DNA of 64,000 nt from Candidatus Obscuribacteraceae bacterium (GTDB lineage Bacteria > Cyanobacteriota > Vampirovibrionia > Obscuribacterales > Obscuribacteraceae). Every line of letters begins with the position of its first letter. The first letter of the stretch is position 1. The notes under the pieces were generated by a model, which was not told where the DNA came from, searched no databases, and saw nothing but the letters and a program-made list of their open reading frames with translations. Both the position numbers and the translations under genes were made by a program. The stretch is taken from assembly GCA_044226015.1 (NCBI GenBank), contig JBGAHS010000001.1:1312001-1376000 (forward strand), written 5' to 3'. Below, one piece after another: positions 62,349-64,000 of the stretch.

Positions 62349-62559
62349 TGGTGCTATGAACATCCGTAATTTGTGTTGGACAAATTGAGCAGCCAACCAT
62401 TATCGATAGAACCTTGTAAACCAATGTTCCGATCGAAAAAATCAGTACGCAGCAAAATGCATGCGAGTGGAGGTCCTCGCATGCACCAGTGTGGTGTACA
62501 TCGTTCAAGCGAATGGTTGAGAATCAATCATTTTCAAAGCTATCTTTCAAACTGCCAAT

Positions 62560-63549
62560 TTACTCTTCGAGATAATCGCGCAGCTTTTCAGTGTGATCCG
62601 ATGTTCGCAGTTGGCGTAGCGCCTTCAGCTCAATTTGGCGAGTGCGCTCTCTTGTGATTCCTACAAGTTTTCCAACCTGTTCAAGAGTTCTTTGATTACC
62701 ATCTTTCAAACCAAATCGAAGGATGATGATTTCTCGCTCTCTTGCAGTAAGCATTGAAAGAACGCCTCTGATATCCAGCGCCAAGAGAGCTGATGCAGTT
62801 GACTCTTCTGGTGGAGTTGACAGTTCATCCTGCACAACATCGGAAAGACTGTTGTCTTCTTCCTCACCAAGCGGAGAATCCAACGACATCGGTGTTCTGT
62901 TTGCCGCCAGCACTTCTTTAATCTTGGTGATACTGCATTTCATTGCTTTTGCAAGATCTTCCATTGTGGGTCGGCGACCAAGCTCTTGCGAAAGCTGACG
63001 CGTCGTCTTACGCAAATTGTTAATCGTCTCGACCATATGCACTGGCACGCGAATAGTTCGAGACTTATCCGCAAGGGCTCTTGTGATACCCTGACGAATC
63101 CACCATGTCGCATAAGTGGAGAATTTGTATCCGCGTTCAGGGTCAAATTTCTCTGCCGCTCTGATGAGCCCCAGGTTTCCTTCTTGAATCAAATCAAGAA
63201 AAGGAAGACCTCTATTCTGGTATTTTTTTGCAACGCTAACTACCAGTCTAAGGTTCGCCTGCACCAGTCTTTTTTTTGCTAGCTGATCACCCTTGCAGAT
63301 GCGTCTTGCTAGCTCAATTTCCTCTTTTGCAGACAGGAGTTTTACTCTTCCAATATCGCGAAGGTAAACCTGCACAGAATCTTCAGAGCGGGAGCGCCCT
63401 GTTACATCAATGTCGGGCTCGCTATCGTCGCTATTTTCGTTATCACTGAAGAGATCTGGGTTGTCATAACCGGACTGAGCAAAGTCCAGTGTGAAATCAT
63501 CCAACGTGATATCTTCGATTGTTTGTGTATTGTATCTTGCCATTTTCAT
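62560..63549 (-). CDS. RpoD/SigA-family sigma-70 factor (short acidic N-terminus; group 1 or 2)
   Basis: [61 protein letters not shown]...TRERTRQIE. Confidence 0.95.
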   Translation of the reverse strand: MKMARYNTQTIEDITLDDFTLDFAQSGYDNPDLFSDNENSDDSEPDIDVTGRSRSEDSVQVYLRDIGRVKLLSAKEEIELARRICKGDQLAKKRLVQANLRLVVSVAKKYQNRGLPFLDLIQEGNLGLIRAAEKFDPERGYKFSTYATWWIRQGITRALADKSRTIRVPVHMVETINNLRKTTRQLSQELGRRPTMEDLAKAMKCSITKIKEVLAANRTPMSLDSPLGEEEDNSLSDVVQDELSTPPEESTASALLALDIRGVLSMLTAREREIIILRFGLKDGNQRTLEQVGKLVGITRERTRQIELKALRQLRTSDHTEKLRDYLEE

Positions 63550-63809
63550 TAGCGGTCCAAGTCCGCTGTTTGTTGGTGTATACGATATTTCCGTGAAGTA
63601 GTCCGCGCATTGGACTACGCCACCACAGGAGTGGAGGCGCGGAAATTTTTCAGGTACTCGGTTTAGTTGACGACTCTACTATTAAAATGTTCCAACACCA
63701 ATGTTGGAATGACGTTAACCCTAGATCTTTTTGTCGTAAGTACTCGGTATTCTTTTGTTAGTAATTCACGGCTTTGCTGCGAAGCTTCTTACGCCAAAGA
63801 TTCTCAGGT

Positions 63810-64000
63810 TTAATCTTTGAACTTGCCGTAGCTGTGAAGTCCACCAAATCCCAGCGAATTAAATCCCAGGTATGTAAGGATTGTTAAAAGCATCCCGCCG
63901 ACGGCCACCAGAGAAAGCTTCTCCGATGAACACTCATGGTGTATGCGCAAATGGATGTAAGCTGCGTAACCCAACCAGGTCGCCAGTGCCATGGATTCTT
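63810..64000 (-). CDS. ccsA: Cytochrome c biogenesis protein CcsA/ResC, C-terminal fragment (gene begins beyond window end)
   Basis: KESMALATWLGYAAYIHLR (end of WWD domain) and terminal GLHSYG. Confidence 0.85.
   Translation of the reverse strand, partial: ESMALATWLGYAAYIHLRIHHECSSEKLSLVAVGGMLLTILTYLGFNSLGFGGLHSYGKFKD

Noticed and set aside
1..64000. rRNA, tRNA or prophage genes
   Set aside because: No cloverleaf or rRNA signatures and no phage structural or integrase genes recognised by eye; tRNAscan/Infernal were not run

Overview
A 64-kb bacterial chromosomal window with about 32 credible CDSs. No rRNA, tRNA or canonical CRISPR array was seen. The gene content (YlqD, CcsA, SigA-family sigma factor, DUF6088, a giant secreted repeat protein) suggests a non-photosynthetic cyanobacterial relative such as Vampirovibrionia/Obscuribacterales; this is inference. 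Housekeeping and envelope genes include plsC, a thiolase, pgi, an MBOAT+SGNH pair, response regulators and a REC-Hpt-GGDEF cyclase, around a 19.3-kb gene for a 6432-aa secreted repeat protein. Several orphan or degenerate relatives of defence or mobile machinery sit among them: a solo Cas7/Csx7-like RAMP, a solo BREX PglX-like methyltransferase, an Mre11/Rad50-like pair with lost catalytic motifs, an IS1595-like protein without a DDE core, and DUF6088. The right third has many intergenic tandem arrays. Five of them, with different unit lengths (about 119, 38, 29, 56 and 102 bp), share the core CAAHCGGTATCGAT. The DUF6088 and IS1595-like genes, 42 kb apart, share an identically spaced ECF-type promoter motif. 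All calls come from reading motifs by eye; no database searches were run.
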